Shown: positions 1 through 14,531 of the stretch, one piece after another
Numbering within the stretch: position 1 is the first letter of the stretch
Layout: each line of letters opens with the position of its first letter
DNA from: Styela clava
Lineage: Eukaryota
Assembly: GCF_964204865.1 (NCBI RefSeq)
Contig: NC_135256.1
Location: 11,532,001-11,596,000, forward strand
Length of the DNA: 64,000 nucleotides
Direction of reading: 5' to 3'
Translations under genes and position numbers: made by a program
The notes under the pieces: model-generated
The model's database searches: none
Told to the model about the DNA's origin: nothing
The model's input: only the letters and a program-made list of their open reading frames with translations

Positions 1-186
1 CAAATGGTTGGTTGTATTGTTGCAACAAATAAAACGCGGAATTAGTGAATTTCTCGGCTCAATAATCTACTGTTTTTTTTTATTCATATGACCCCCATTA
101 GACACTCATGCTTTGATTTGAACGCAGCTCATTTGGCAGCCACGTTCCAGGCTCTCCAGCTATGCTCAGGGTGTTGTTTTTGTTAA

Positions 187-627
187 TAGGCTTACCAGAC
201 GTCCCGGTTTAGCCGGGACAGTCTCGATTTTGACAAGCTGTCCCGGCGTCCCGTTCGGTAGACTCAAATGTCCCGGTCGTGCAATATGACAGTCATAATT
301 GTTTTTTTTCATTAAATATCGATCGATAAATTGTTTTTTATTGTTCATGGAGGCAGTCAATCTATCACTAATTTGCGAGTCGTTTCACTAGTTCAGAAAT
401 ATAATCCTATATGTTATAGGTATTATATATATGTCTAATTAACAATTTAACATCTAACGTTAGCCTTACGGCTGTTAAATTATTCAAAATGCTGAAGGGA
501 AGTAGTTTTTCAATGATTTGAATATTACTATTATTCATATGAGTTGAAGCGTTGAAATCTAACCCAAGCTTTGTCCAATCTGCATTGTCCCGTGTTTTTG
601 TTTCATATATAGCATACGGTAAGCCTA
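187..627. mobile_element. Non-autonomous hAT-like MITE (TAGGCTTACC termini)
   Basis: TIR taggcttacc (187-196) / ggtaagccta (618-627); subterminal GTCCCG repeats at both ends; flanks ttgttaa / ttcttaa resemble a decayed TSD. Confidence 0.65.
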
Positions 628-1756
628 TTCTTAAAGAATCTATCGATCCAAGTTTGCGTCTTGATGAACAATAGTTTTAGGAAATGATTGATGACTTGGT
701 TCAAGTATCTAGTGAGAAAACGACAATAATGAAATGTTATGTTTAGCTATACAAATATATTGAAGCCCATGCTTGGAAAAGTTTGGTACCTTCCCGGATA
801 TAACGTCGACCTTGAACAATTTGTAATATAAGGATTATGCAAAAACGAAAAATGATTCATCGTTTTATCTAAAACGATAATTTTGCCAAAAATGACCCAG
901 GCTGCTAATCTTTATTCAGAAAGGCCACAGACTGAATTGTTGTAGATTAGACAAAAATGCACAGAAATAAGTGATCAACAGCATGACAGGCTGACAGCTG
1001 GCATTAAAATTGTTACGTCGAACAAAAAACTTATAATGCGTAATCCGCATTTTGTCACAAATCAGCTCTTTGCTTGAAAATAGTATGCGCGATAGTAGCA
1101 TTCCTTTAAATTCCTTTGACACAAAATGCTTAAGACGGAGAAATTCGCCAGAGGGCTAATACTTTTGTTTATTTTTTTACATTTTCTCTTAGTCCCATAT
1201 GGGGCATAGTATTTCACCGATTGCGAATTTTTTCTGTTTTATTTTCTTTATGCGCGAGTGCGCGACATTTCTGTTCATATACCTGAGAATATTCATATAT
1301 ATTTTCCGCACTATTGTTAGACCTTTGAAGCCAGCAATTTGGAATTACATTTAAAATTTTAGACTAGTGCCTCATGATTTGATCTATATTTTGAAAAAAT
1401 TGAAGAAACTACAACTCATGGTCGCCAGTAAGCATGTTGTGATATGTAATATATATGATATTGGAATGAAACATAAGGCCCATCCTCACCCTGTTGATGC
1501 AAGATAAATATACAATTGCTTACTTACGATTATTTACCTTTGGTTGACCTACATACGTCGCAGTATTACAAGGAATTCGAATTCTTGCGTGATGATAAAG
1601 GGCATTACGAGATTTATGACTGAAACATACACACTATTAAAGGCCATCGACATAACTTCGCGTGTGTATATTATATATAATATGTATGTAGAATTTACTA
1701 TCTCACATTAAGGCTACTTTCACTTGGCATGACTTTATATGAATTCCCTAACTTAC

Positions 1757-2549
1757 CGTCAATATCGTCTTCCGATACAGGGTAATCTGCCGGTGGAAGT
1801 TCAGGAACTTCTGTTGTTGAATTATTTCGCCTTTCATTTTCTGGTGAAGGCAAATACATATCTTCCTTTGATACAAATCGTAATGATTTTTGTCGAATTA
1901 GTCCAGTCATTTTCCAGTTTTGTACATTTGGTGATTCGTTGCTTTCCGATTCGTTGTTTTCTACATTGTTAATGTGATCTATGCCATTTATAGCCTCATT
2001 TTCCTCATCCACGCCTCCGTATTTTTCTTCTGTATCAGATTCGTTTTCAAAGTCATTAACTATTGAATCAAACATATCTAGAATTTCCTTCTCATCAATC
2101 GACAAATTAGAATTTGTATTGTTCTCCATTTGTTCGCTTTGCTCAAATAAAGTTTTTGGTTCGATTTCCCCGTTTGGTAATTTTGAGTCTGAATTATCCT
2201 CAGGAGTTTCAGTTTTTGTGAATGAGGTAAATATATCTTCCGAGGACTGCTGATTTGAAGAATTTACTAAAGGTACTTGTTGCAAATTTTTATCACCGAG
2301 TAAATTAGATTGTTCATCCTTACTGGCTATAGTAGTTGGTACAATATCAAATCCGTCAATATCATGAGGTTTAAATTCATCTTCGAAGCCATTTACATTC
2401 CTCGTTTCGCCGTCGCAGGAAACTGTACGCTCCTGGCTTTGTCCACTGTATTTTGGACCTCGTCCTTTTTTGTTACTATGCTTTACACCAGAACCTTCAG
2501 ACAGTTTTTTGTCTTTCCCACGGACCCACTTTTGCACTCTTTGAAACAT
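1757..2549 (-). CDS. First coding exon of an unidentified protein with an acidic, low-complexity N-terminus; gene continues beyond the left edge
   Basis: Open frame MFQRVQKWVRGKDKK...VPELPPADYPVSEDDID; acceptor TTTTTCAAG before 2581; ATG at 2547-2549; strong donor G|GTAAGT at 1757/1756. No recognisable domain. Confidence 0.7.
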
Positions 2550-3220
2550 AATTATTTGCCACACATTGGAGTACTATTATTCTTGAAAAATACAAAAGAA
2601 GATATTATTTTAGCATTGAGAAACCTATTATTTTGGGAAAATCATGACCCTAATTGTCAGTTATTCGTCTCTGAAGATTACATGCTCTGGTATGTATAGT
2701 CTTTGATGGCAGAACTTGGAACTCTTGAGTGTGCGTGTGCGTCTGAAACCCATGATATACCTATTCATCTAGAACTAATAAATACGTTTTTCCTAGTACA
2801 TTCCTGCCTGTACAGTAACAATTAGGAAACTACAACACCGTCTTTCAAATTTTTCAAAAAGCGGATTAGTTCCCGTAAAAGCACATTATTTTAACTGATT
2901 TTAAATTGACATCAATTCCGAAAGACATTGAAAAAGATTGAAAATGCATATTTTGCGTATTGGTTGGAATCAACAATACGAAACGTAACCATACAAATTC
3001 ACTTCTAGCAACACACGGAGTTATAAATAACAATATCCAATATTTGCAAGGCGCTCTTGGCTTGTCGATGAGCTAATTTACGAGATGAAAATTACGAAGC
3101 TTCACAAGTACCCAAAAGGAAGTAAATAATCCCGTTGCTTTCAATAATTTACAGATTTGAATTAATATTTCTAAAAACGATCGAATAGAAAGAATTATCC
3201 CATTTTAACTAAAAACTTAC

Positions 3221-3310
3221 AGAGCGATCCAACATCATTGTTATAAAGACCCATCCGAAGACGTACGTAATACGTGAAACGATATGCTTACGGAAGTAAA
3301 AAGACGTAAC
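3221..3310 (-). other. Putative non-coding 5' exon of the left-edge gene
   Basis: Donor CT|GTAAGT at 3221/3220 upstream of the acceptor at 2581; the 5' boundary is a guess. Confidence 0.3.
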
Positions 3311-4186
3311 TGTAATATTTTTATATTCTACACAAAATATCCTTCTACTCACTATGACTAATCATGTGGAAAGCGGAATCGCAAGCAGAACAAATTTTTT
3401 AAGACAAAATTTTCCAGTACTTTTATTTGTAAAATCACCGAATTTACATTAACCTGGGGTATAGCAGCGTTCTTACTTTCTCTGCTGCTTCGTTATACTG
3501 TCACTCGCTATCAGCTGTCGGGTTCTAAATAATCGCAATATTACCTCTGCCTATTCAAGAATATTATTCCAACACAAGTTACCTTATCAAGAATAAGCAA
3601 CATTAGGCTCGTGGCTTAAACGCGTTTCAGTAGTGACTCATACCTATTCCGTACAAAATTACTAATATTTACCGATTTAGTTAAATATTCTTTTTAACCT
3701 GTTTTTCATTACCACGTGATGATAATGATTCATTCAAAAGTTTCATGACTTAGAATTCTCCATAATTAGCCTCCTGTTTGGCATTGTCGATTGCTAGTAA
3801 CGAATATCGTATCCCTGTTTCACGAAAGTGCACGTTATATTATAATCTTTACAATTCCTGCCCAACTTCAACAGGTGCAAAGCAAACCAAAAGTGTCAGC
3901 AAACAAAGGGTAGTTCGTGATATATATGAAAATGATTCAAATAATTGTATGATGATTATTGTTTTACGTAATGATAAGCAATGTCAAACATATGGATGCG
4001 AAGGTCGCGCATTAGTATCAATACGGTAAGAGATCTGAGAGCAATGAGTTTACTCCAAAAATCGGGGGCAAGCAATGCGGAAGCGGTCGAGCAGTATGGA
4101 AAGTGTTCCCCTTTAACAGAAATAGCACGATTTCGGTGAAATAATATATCAGGTATCATAAGAATCGTAGGTTTTCAAAATTAATA

Positions 4187-4275
4187 AAATAGCCTTCTAG
4201 CGAATTCTTCCATCTTGAAGTTCTAATAATTCGGAATCGAAGCGAAAAAGCGATATCTTCCCAACAACAACAATC
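4187..4275 (-). repeat. Fragment of a dispersed repeat with a (GTT)n tract; related to 48450-48590
   Basis: agccttctagcgaa...gaaaaagcgat...caacaacaacaa is the reverse complement of gttgttgttg...atcgcttttc...ttcgctagaaggct at ~48.5 kb. Confidence 0.5.
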
Positions 4276-6259
4276 ATATTAACAATAACAAGAAAGATCA
4301 ACCAAATCGATCCTTATGTCCACTTCTTGCATATTCATTGAATAATAAAAATGTGAAGAGAAGTTTGGAACTTTTCGCAGAAACTCATTTTGAACCTTTC
4401 ACATTGCTGTATAGACTTTATAAATAACATACTTAGTTATATTTTAATGAATCATTTTATGCGAAGTTTGGAAGATGGAGGCACACATAATTCTGAGATA
4501 TTTCACGTCATACTTTTAGTTGAAGTGCTTCCTGGAGCATATAAAGTTCATTCATTTCATTCAAATACTGCGGAGTACAATTTGATAAATAATCTACTTT
4601 CGTTTCAGTATTTACACAAGGTAAAGACGACAATGAGCTGTTAAACTGTTATACAATACATGTTTTATACTACGAAGTGGCAGAGCACCCTATATTTTGC
4701 ACGCTTTTTTCCGTGAAACCTACAAATTCAACTGAGCAAAGTTAAAATTGTCATCTTGGTTACTTGACTATACTCTTACTCTGATGTTCCGAATTTCCTT
4801 ACGGTAAAATGGCAATACGATAGATTATTTGACTTTGGATACACCTCCGGTACTCATCTCCGTCTGCGCACATAACAGAACGCTGAGTGTTAGTATTTGC
4901 TTTGCTTCACTATGATATTGGCAAAATTCTGTGTACATTACTGAGTAAACAAGTGGTAAAATCGATTCGATACTGATACGCGTTGGTTCAATCTTTCTTC
5001 CAAAACTGTACAAACGAGTCCCATTGATCCTACTTCTTCTTTAAAACGAAACCTTGAACCGGTGAAGCGAACGAACAAATATTAGCAATATTTTGCGAGG
5101 AAAAATACTGAGATATGTTAAATCAGATTGTTCTATTTGAATTTGTACGTCACTATGTACAGTGTACAATGCACACATGACGCGGTGTCCTGGAATTATA
5201 AGTTATTATTTCACGCTTATGCAAACAAGACAAGCACTTGAGTATTATCGCATTCACTTGAATTTCACTAACACTATTTTCAGTTTCGAGTGCCAGGAAC
5301 ATAGAAAATGCAGGTGTGCGCTTCTCGAACATTTTGGGCAGGCTATTAGTGAGACAAAAATGACTAGAAAACTTTACTTTTTGGGAAAATGTGTAAATCC
5401 TATCCTATTTTTTTATAAAATAGCCAACAGAATGTACAAATATTCTTACGAATATCGACCAAGCATACTCCATGTTCGGAAACTAGACAAATTTATTCAT
5501 ATAATAAATCATATATTTCATAAAAGAAAAACTCCCGATGTTATATCCAGTTACACGTGCATACAATGATTTATAACATTACTTGAATTAACTTGTAGAA
5601 TTTAACATTTCACAGTGGGCTTACTGACGACAGAGGGAAAAAGTCAATTGAACATTCACTGTATACACGCTCGAAAATCCGATTAATTGAGGTGTTGACA
5701 AAACTGCGGTAAGCATTGAAAAATACACACAGTACGATGCGGTTTAGACAGGCCATTGATCTCCGAAATTTGTGCGGAATATTACTAAATGAAACAAATT
5801 ATCCGTAAGTTTATATCTGATGCAAAAATGATATTGCAACCCTTTCCAGTCACGAAGTAACGACATTTTTATGGAATAGTTCTATAAAATGTTGAAAGCA
5901 GGCAATCATTAGTATTGTATCTAGACTGACAAACATACAAAACTTCAAACGAAGCGTTATGAGTAATTAAAGTGTAAACAAATGTAAGTTAGATGAGGAG
6001 TACCGTTTACAAACTTTCGCTGACAACGTAGAATCCAGAGGCCAAAATACGATATAATGAAACAATCCATAGTTTGTCACATGGGTGGTATAGTTAGGAC
6101 TGGGCATTCCGAATCGGATCAAATAGTAAATCATTCGAATCGGTTTAAACGAAAATTTCGAATTGCCACAATATTGATTTGTCAACGTCAATTCGCCCTT
6201 TTTTTTTATTGAAGCCATGTTTTTTCAATGCAATTCTGACATATGACTCTTTTCTTTCT

Positions 6260-6375
6260 AATGAGTTATCGATAAAACGTTTTTTATTGCATGTTAACGC
6301 TCAGCAAACTGTCTGAGTGATGGATTCTATGTTTTCAGTAATTTATGTGTTAAAAAAACTCATTACAATAAAAAT
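6260..6375 (+). repeat. Dispersed repeat fragment shared with 53632-53742
   Basis: Both loci read gagttat(c/t)gat..aaac...aactg(t/a)ctgagtgatggat...gttttcagtaattta. Confidence 0.5.
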
Positions 6376-7606
6376 TCCCTACTCTAATTATAATATTACC
6401 TCACTTTTCATTCCTTCATCCATTGTATTATGACGTCATTATCCATTTCGGTCCGCGGGTGGGAATTCACCATGATGTCATTATGTGTTTAAAAATGTGT
6501 TGTCACAATACATAATCCTCTTCGTAAAATACTAAATGACATCCCTTATGACGTCACAAATTTCAATTTTCAATTAAATGCCCCCTCAACAAACTTCTGC
6601 TCATACCACTGGACCGGAATATCAAGCTTGCATATCCGTTATCTTGTCACAATAATTTTGTCAGATTAGTCAGTCTTAGCACTAATCTTAGCCATCTTAT
6701 CGAAAATAATAAACTGTTCCGTACGGCAAAATTATAGCTACATATGTAGGCTATATGGTATGAACCATGGTAGACATCTATACCTAAAAAACACATCTCT
6801 AAAGTGGATATATACGGGTCTAACTAAACTACTCTACCAAACACGCAACGGTACAAAATATTTTGCGAGTAAGCGACTTCTAATGAAACTTGTAAATAGA
6901 AATTTAATATTGTTGCTTTCCTGATGTCAGTCATTGTATATCGCTGTAAATCGTTGGTCGATAACACGTCATTGTTCTTATTGTACGGAAGCAACAATGC
7001 GGAAATATAAATTCTTTAAAATCTTGTTTAGATTTCCTCTGTTAGAATGAAGCCCAACAAAAGACCATTGACAAGAGGCGACGTCAGTTGATACAACACA
7101 TGACTTTCGCATCGTAGCTCATCGTGGGTACTATTAATAACACGAACACTACTGTGAGTCGTCGCCATTCATATGAAATGATTCGAAGGTTTTTAAGCAC
7201 AAAGCATACACACAAGAACCACTAGGTGGGCGTTTCATGAAAAGGTCTAATTCTAATGTTATGCTTTAGTAAGGGCTGGTCATTCGACTAAACCAGTAAC
7301 TGAAGATTCAAAATTTCATTTTGTGAAGCTCCATTTCTTGTCCTTGTATTAGTTCTTTTAAATTAGTTATTTACCGGTTAGACTTGACCTACATTGTGAA
7401 AATACAAGTATATAAAAACGGTTGAGTCGCTTGCACATAGCATCCGTAATAAAAAATTTAAATACGACGGGATTGAGGATCAAAATCTGGTAGCATAAGT
7501 TGTAATTGTATGCCTGCCACCTGATATATTTTCAGTTCATGGTAAGGAGAAATGTTCTCGAAGTGTGGCGCTAAAGAGATATGTGATATGCCATCATGAT
7601 ATACAG

Positions 7607-7952
7607 CAGGGGTGTACAACATTTTTTGTCGGTGGGTCATATATATAACCAACTTAAAACATACATCTAGCTGGACCATACAAAAATTTTAGTTTTTTCA
7701 TGTACACAACGAATAAAATATTCGAAATGAATTGAATAATAAAACGAGTTAAAAAATTGAAATTACAGTAACAAAGGCAATGTACAAAACGGCGAAACAT
7801 TTGACACAGCGACAGGAGCAAAAAAACATGTATTTTCAACCATGTGAGCGCCTTTTCAAACATAAACTGTCAGTTCAGGATTTTATGCTCGATGGGGAAT
7901 GTTGACACTGGCCACACTAAATGGCCTGACGGGCGCTTGTTGCACACCCCTG
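7607..7952. mobile_element. hAT (Charlie-like) MITE
   Basis: Termini caggggtgtacaac / gttgcacacccctg; flanks atatacag / atatagat (decayed 8-bp TSD). Confidence 0.65.
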
Positions 7953-10097
7953 ATATAGATATACATTATATTCGCTGTTCGTGCAAACGTGGACATGGGT
8001 GAAGAACAACCGATCCGAGGGTCCTTGTGACCCATCGCGTTTTTTTTCGGTGACCCGTCAAGTCACGAATTAAGGCAAAATAGATTTTAACATTTTAAAA
8101 CCGGCCTTAATACAATATAACAATAGGCGAACTGCTGCAATATACTGTTATGCAGTTGTGCTGAGTAACAACGGGATTCAAGACTCCAAAAAACAGGACT
8201 CTGGATTTTCGACAAACTGGAAGTGAATATTTTCCGTTGCCAGGAATACCAACTAAGTAGGTAATGTTTCCTCCAAGCCAATTCAATATCACTTCCAAAT
8301 TACTGTTTAGGTACTTACGTGTTTGTAGTACGCTACAATGGTACAGACATAATTTGAACAGACTTAAAGTACCGGTACGATAATCATGAAACGTAACTGT
8401 GTTTCATTTTGTTAGTTTGATTTTGAAAATGCATAAAGTTAATTGATGCGGTGATTTGGTTTGTTTGTTATTTATTTTTTCGTTCTAGTTTTTAGGATAT
8501 ATATACTATTCTCATTGAATGAATGCATGGCTGCGAGACATCAATTACTCTAAATATGAATTTTTCTGAACTATTCCTAAAATGAAGAGTCCAAAATAAG
8601 GACTATTACTAATTTTGAATCTCGTTGACATCCCTGCCTATATTGCAGAAATGCCACATAATTTCAGTATAGCTATGTTTCAATGCCGTTTGAGTATTAC
8701 ATAATTTTCGCAGTGTTTTAATTTGCTGGTAGTAAACCTGATTACGTAAGTGATGCTTGATCTAGAAATGTATTTATGCAGTTTTATTGTAGAGTATAAT
8801 AATGTGTGCGTAGTACGCTGACTTTGCAATATTTAGATGCATTCGTAGTGTGAATTTTATAATTCATAAGCGCCCTGTAGTTTTAGTTTCAGAAATGTTT
8901 CAATGTGACTTTAGTAAACACGAAAATGCATGGTTTTCGTAGGGTTTAGATTCGGGAGTCGTAAACATAAAATCCATCAGTACAGAACATGCTGCTGTAA
9001 ACGCCAAAATATGTCAAAAATAGATTTGTCAACAGTTCACTCGAAGTCGGACTCCGATTCGATTTTGATTTCAGATGAGAACGGATTTGGACCCTGCAAA
9101 TTTTGACTCCGCTCATCTCGGGTGTCTGGTCTGCATCGATGCTGTTACAACGTTTATGACATAACAATACAATTGATCCGTTCATCTCTCGCAACTCATC
9201 TTGTTACAGTTCTTCTCTTCCGGAGTTACTGGAATTAAATGGAGGATATCTAATGTTCTTTGGGTACACGAGAACAAGGTGGTACTTTGCAGTACATACA
9301 ATGTCGCTCGGAAAACAAAAGTATCTGAACTTAAATTAACAACTATAGCAATCTGGAACAAAAATTCGAGCAAAAAAGCGAATCGAAAAATATGATTATC
9401 TTAGAATGGAATTACTTTCCAAACTCTCGAAACCATGAAAAGATTTGGCATAACAATAAAAACTGTTGTCGATAATCTCGTACACGCGAATCCGTGTTTT
9501 TTGCAAAATCGAGTACCAGAAATAATTTTAGTTCTGATATAAGTATATGCTAAGCTCAAAACTACGTATACCAACCGAAGATAACACGACTTGTGGAAAA
9601 AATGCAACAGAAAGTTTCTAATTGATACAGACATTGATTAAATATCTATGACTCACTGTCTTTTTTTCAATAATACAAATATAATTGTTAACTCACTCAT
9701 TGCAACAGGTTCGCCATGCCTGTGATAGATGCTACACCGAACTAAATTTGCCATAGGTCCGTGGTTTTCGAGAGAGATTTTTAGATTTGATTGCTCTGCG
9801 TCTTGTTTCCATTCGCTGTTCACTGTAAACGGCTTGACAACAAAGCTGGGATTAATCTCGAAGTATCTTTCAGAATCACTTTTATCAGTAACCATCTGCT
9901 AAGTTACTTCAAGTGGGAGAAAATCTGCAAATTTATAAGTTTGAGGAGTAAGAATTTCTAAGCCGCGTAGAAACGTGGAACAAATAATATTGCTGAAATG
10001 GTTACAAAATTTAGGAAGCATTATTTATTAATGACTTAAACGCGCCATTCGAGTATAACAAACGGTGGGACTGAACGCAATGAATGGCGGATTAAAG

Positions 10098-10613
10098 CAG
10101 CGTTTTCCAACCTCTTGTTCCGCGAACCTCTTCAGAGTGTTCCGCGGGGCAGGTATCAAAATTGCAACTAAACTAGTCGTCATGGCAATCTCGACCGTAC
10201 TTCGACGCCTCTAGGTCGTGAATTTGTCTCCAACTGACGACACACATCCGGACAGGCCTTGTTATCAAACAGCTGGTAAGGCTTCGTACCAGTCTGAAAA
10301 TTGTGGCATGTTCGTTAACCGTTCAATATCGTTAAATTTCGGCCTAATTATTTAAATCGTCCGGTTTACAGTAAACTTTTCAATTTTACCATAAGCTAAT
10401 TTTTTTGGAAACCACCAATCTCAATGGATTATTGCCTTAAAACTGGAAGCCACAAAAGATCTCGTGATAAGCGGGTTGTGCAAGTTGATGCATGAAGTAA
10501 TTCCATTACACAATTTTTCTATTATCGATTTTACCTTCTAATTTCTTACTGCACCGCGAGCCGATATGAAAAGCGTATAGGTGTTCCGGGGCAAAAAAGT
10601 TTGAGGAATACTA
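10098..10613. mobile_element. Decayed hAT-like MITE
   Basis: Left end cagcgttttccaacct with gttccgcg repeats; right end gtgttccgggg...aagtttgaggaatact. Confidence 0.5.
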
Positions 10614-11750
10614 AAAATTCCCCCTCCTTAATATGCCAGCGAACGTCTGCATATTGTTCGTAAATCATTTAGAAAATTTGTGCTTTTATCCATGCACGGT
10701 ATATGAACTTGCTGCTTCTGTTATAAACTTGGCACGGAGAACTAACTGAATCCTGACAAAACATTTTACCCTGATTTTCGCGGTCAACAGACACAAAAAG
10801 TACAATATTTTTACTCCGTGTACTGACATCATTAAGCAAAAAATCTCCGTATTGCACAAAAGCAACAAAACGAATGCTACAAGGTATGTACGATCAAATT
10901 CCACAGCAAATAATAAACAAATACAAAGTTAAAACTTATCTTAAGTTGCAGTAGAGCTGTCATAAAGTTCAGTGTGAAACGGTATAAATAAATGAAAATA
11001 AATAGAGAAAAAATACGACAATGTCATTTGAGGGAAGACCATTTGCGCAAACCCGCAAGAACATTTTTGAAATGTTAAATGAATTATTCTATTTAGATCC
11101 TGAGTAAAAATGATATCGTTGCATCAAACCTAGAATTATTTAATCCCCAATAAATGGAAATGGTCTCCCAAAATAAAAACAACAAAATGGTCTCCCATAA
11201 CAACATTGCGTCCAAATAAAATGGCGTCAATTGAGATATGTTGGAATATGAGATTTAGTTGGAAAAGCTACGTGCAAACCAACAAAGTACCCTCAGGCAT
11301 TCATTCAAAAACGATACTTAGAACAGTTTCACGATTAATGTGGCAATCAAGTTAATAAAAAAATTATAATCAGATACTGAAAAATGGTTACAAAGCTCAA
11401 ATATATTAAAATGAAAGATCTGAGAATGGAACACGCTCTTTACATCCAATACTTTCAAAAGTAACTCAAGTACCAGTGTCAAAAATTGAGTGGATATACA
11501 ATCATTAATGGTTTCCACATGCATCATGTCAGGAGAAAATATCGAGTCAATTTTCATCTATATCATTCATTACCTTCTAATGTCATATTATTATTGTTAT
11601 TATACATAACAAGTTATTAATATACTTCACACAGCTGAAACTATTTTGTAGCAAAAACCCCTATTTCAGGAATTTTCAAGTGGTATAAAATCGATAGGTT
11701 TGATGATAGTATTTGAACGAAGAACATATTAAACTTGGAACGAGGAAATT

Positions 11751-11756
11751 TTTATT
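11751..11756 (-). promoter_or_regulatory. Candidate polyadenylation signal of the Fos-like gene (~1.3-kb 3'UTR)
   Basis: AATAAA on the minus strand downstream of the predicted stop at 13035; not validated. Confidence 0.25.
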
Positions 11757-13034
11757 GTTGAAGTTAATACAATTACCTTTACGCGGTTAGATCAATTCGT
11801 TTTCAAATTTACCCCAATTGTTTGAAAAGTAACAACAAACTATTCATGAACAATATTCTCAAGAAATCAATAGCTCCATGAAATATGAAATTTTCAATTT
11901 GGAATAACGCCTGTTTTCGAGTATGTAACCAGGATGTATACACAAAAGCTCACTCACAAATGAAAAAAACAACAACTCTGTAGTGTTGATTAATTAGTAA
12001 ACAACAGGTTGTTGAGGAAATATTACTTACTATTCGCCATCGTGTCAAAATCAGTGGTAGAAAATCCAAGCAGAACAGTGTTTAGCTGCTGTTGAAGCGG
12101 CAAATCTTACACAGTGTTGCGTTGCGAACAATGACAACAGGCGAATCTTATTGGTGTGAGTAAATATGGTCAACCAGTAAACCGATTATGAGTGTTTCAA
12201 ACGAATAATGTTTAATTTTATCGACAGGCAAAATTGTAGTGCAATAAACATATTAGACGAATAAAAATATTAAATATTAGTTGTGTCAGTTCAATTATTA
12301 CTCAAATCGCGAAACATTAGTTGCGCTTGATAGAAAGTAAGACTTGCATTGAAAAACAGCAATTGCATTGTTTAACGATTTTTTCATCAAAGTTGAATTT
12401 ACATGATTTTACTGCGAAGACAAATCCTTCTAAATTCCAAACTAACATATGTTTCCGTTTTGACCACATTTTATGATCACAATGTTGGAATTTACTCACA
12501 GCATTCCTATTCTCTGATCTGTGGCGACACAAGGAAAAACAAGCAGCTAAGTCCATTTCCTGGTTTGAAAAGGAAATTCACTTAAAAAAAAAAACAGAAA
12601 TAGTATGTTGTGATAAGTGAACGACTATATTCGCTCTCGATTGCATAGAATCGCACAAAATATGATGCACTGCGTTCATGATTCTGACACTTGAATGAAA
12701 TTCCAGCAGACATGATACCCTTAAAAATTGGGGAAAAGGAAATAAAATATTATACAAATATGCAGTGAACTTTGGTCCTCGCCACCTCCTCACACTGAAG
12801 AAATCGAGACCTATTGCTTTAGAAAAGTAATGTTATGTTCTCACTTCCGAAAACCACCGTCGAGATGCGTGCCCATACATCTTGGTGAAAATCAAATTGG
12901 TAAGTGCACGATCATAACAATGGATAAAAATTGTGCATGAGTTTTCCTGTTCACATTGGATGGTTAGATACCAATATTAACTTCGAAAGATGTATTCCAA
13001 CAATGAAACTCAACTTGTCGTGTGTGAGTGAACT

Positions 13035-13099
13035 TTATGCTTGAGTTGTTACTTGGGGAGGTGATGATGAAATTTTTGACGCAGATGATTCATTGGTAT
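13035..13099 (-). CDS. fos: Fos-family bZIP transcription factor, probable last coding exon
   Basis: Acceptor TTTATTTACAG, phase 1 matching the preceding exon; reads (D)TNESSASKISSSPPQVTTQA*. Confidence 0.55.
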
Positions 13100-14531
13100 C
13101 TGTAAATAAAACCACTATGAGTAAATAATGCAACACCGTGATTTCATCCCAACTCTTACTTGAAAACATAATGATTACACTAGACGGGAAACGAAGGAAA
13201 GAAAGTAGACGTCGCAAACGAATCCAGTGTGATTTCATGTTTGGATTATTCAGGATCACTTGATTAGTCAGGAAAGGGATTATGGCCCTTATTTATTTAA
13301 CCATTTTTGGAAATCGTTAGAATATTAGACTGTCTGGTGAAGTCAAACATTTTTCATTTGACATCCTTGGGGAGAAGCAATGTACTAGTACTTGGTAAAT
13401 AGAAGAAGCTGTTTGGACAAGGGGAAAAGATTCTATAAGAATCATTATTTTACTTCACTCTAAAGCCATTCTTGAGTAATTTCACGACAATTTACCAAGT
13501 TTGATTCCCATTTTATAACTGTATATTGCATGCATTATGATTTGTTATATATTACTAGTCCCTATTTTCTACTTTAATTTAATAATCAAAATTATTTCAG
13601 ACTTGCTGCATATGAACCAAGGTTAATAGATTTCGTTGTAATCAATTGCAACCAAATCTTGGTGCTTGGAGTTCATATTACCTGCATGACAATCTAGGCC
13701 TGCTTATTTTATTGAACCTTCAGCTCCTAAATGGATTTCTTACAGTAGTTTAGTATCGATATCAATGCACATGTTCATATTAAATTTTCTGTTTCAATTT
13801 AATTTATTTTTATTATAGATTAAAAAGATTTTTTCCAAACTTAGATCACATTATAGTTAATTATCTGTATTTCAAAAAGCGCATAAAAAATTATCCTCCA
13901 AACCTGTTTTAATCGAGTGAAACAATCGAAATGAAACAGTCAAATTCTCGTACAAAAATACGGATGACATCAAATAACACCAACGCTGTTAATACTCATT
14001 GTTATAATGGTACGCATAATATGACTCGACGTTTCGTCATTTCCGTTGCAGCACTATTCCCTCTTGGCCCACAAAGACAAAGACTATTTACTCATTTTAG
14101 AAGCACGAATAAATATCACAAAACGCTTCATTTGAACATTGGCCAAGCGAAATTCCAAAATTTTAGATTCTGTTTACAAGTAATAACAAGTAGCAATAAA
14201 GAAAGCCAATTGAATGTGAACTGACCAAAATAAGTATGCATGAAGAGAAAAATTCCTTGCCTGCTTGAACTGAAAACTGAACCGTAACCCGTGAAGCATT
14301 TTTTGCATATTTCCAGTCAAAAGATAAATTATTAGTTTTCAGAATTTAAGAGTTTAAGCATGTCTGGCTACAATTCGGCTATAACGGATACCCAATTTCG
14401 GAACTAATAAATTTGAGGCAGAATGCTTCGAGATGAATAGAATCTGATAAATTGTTTCAATTGCAGAGCCTCGTTAGAGTTCTGTGTTGCTATTTTTCGC
14501 CACTTACAGATAGATAGAAGAATGAATAATC

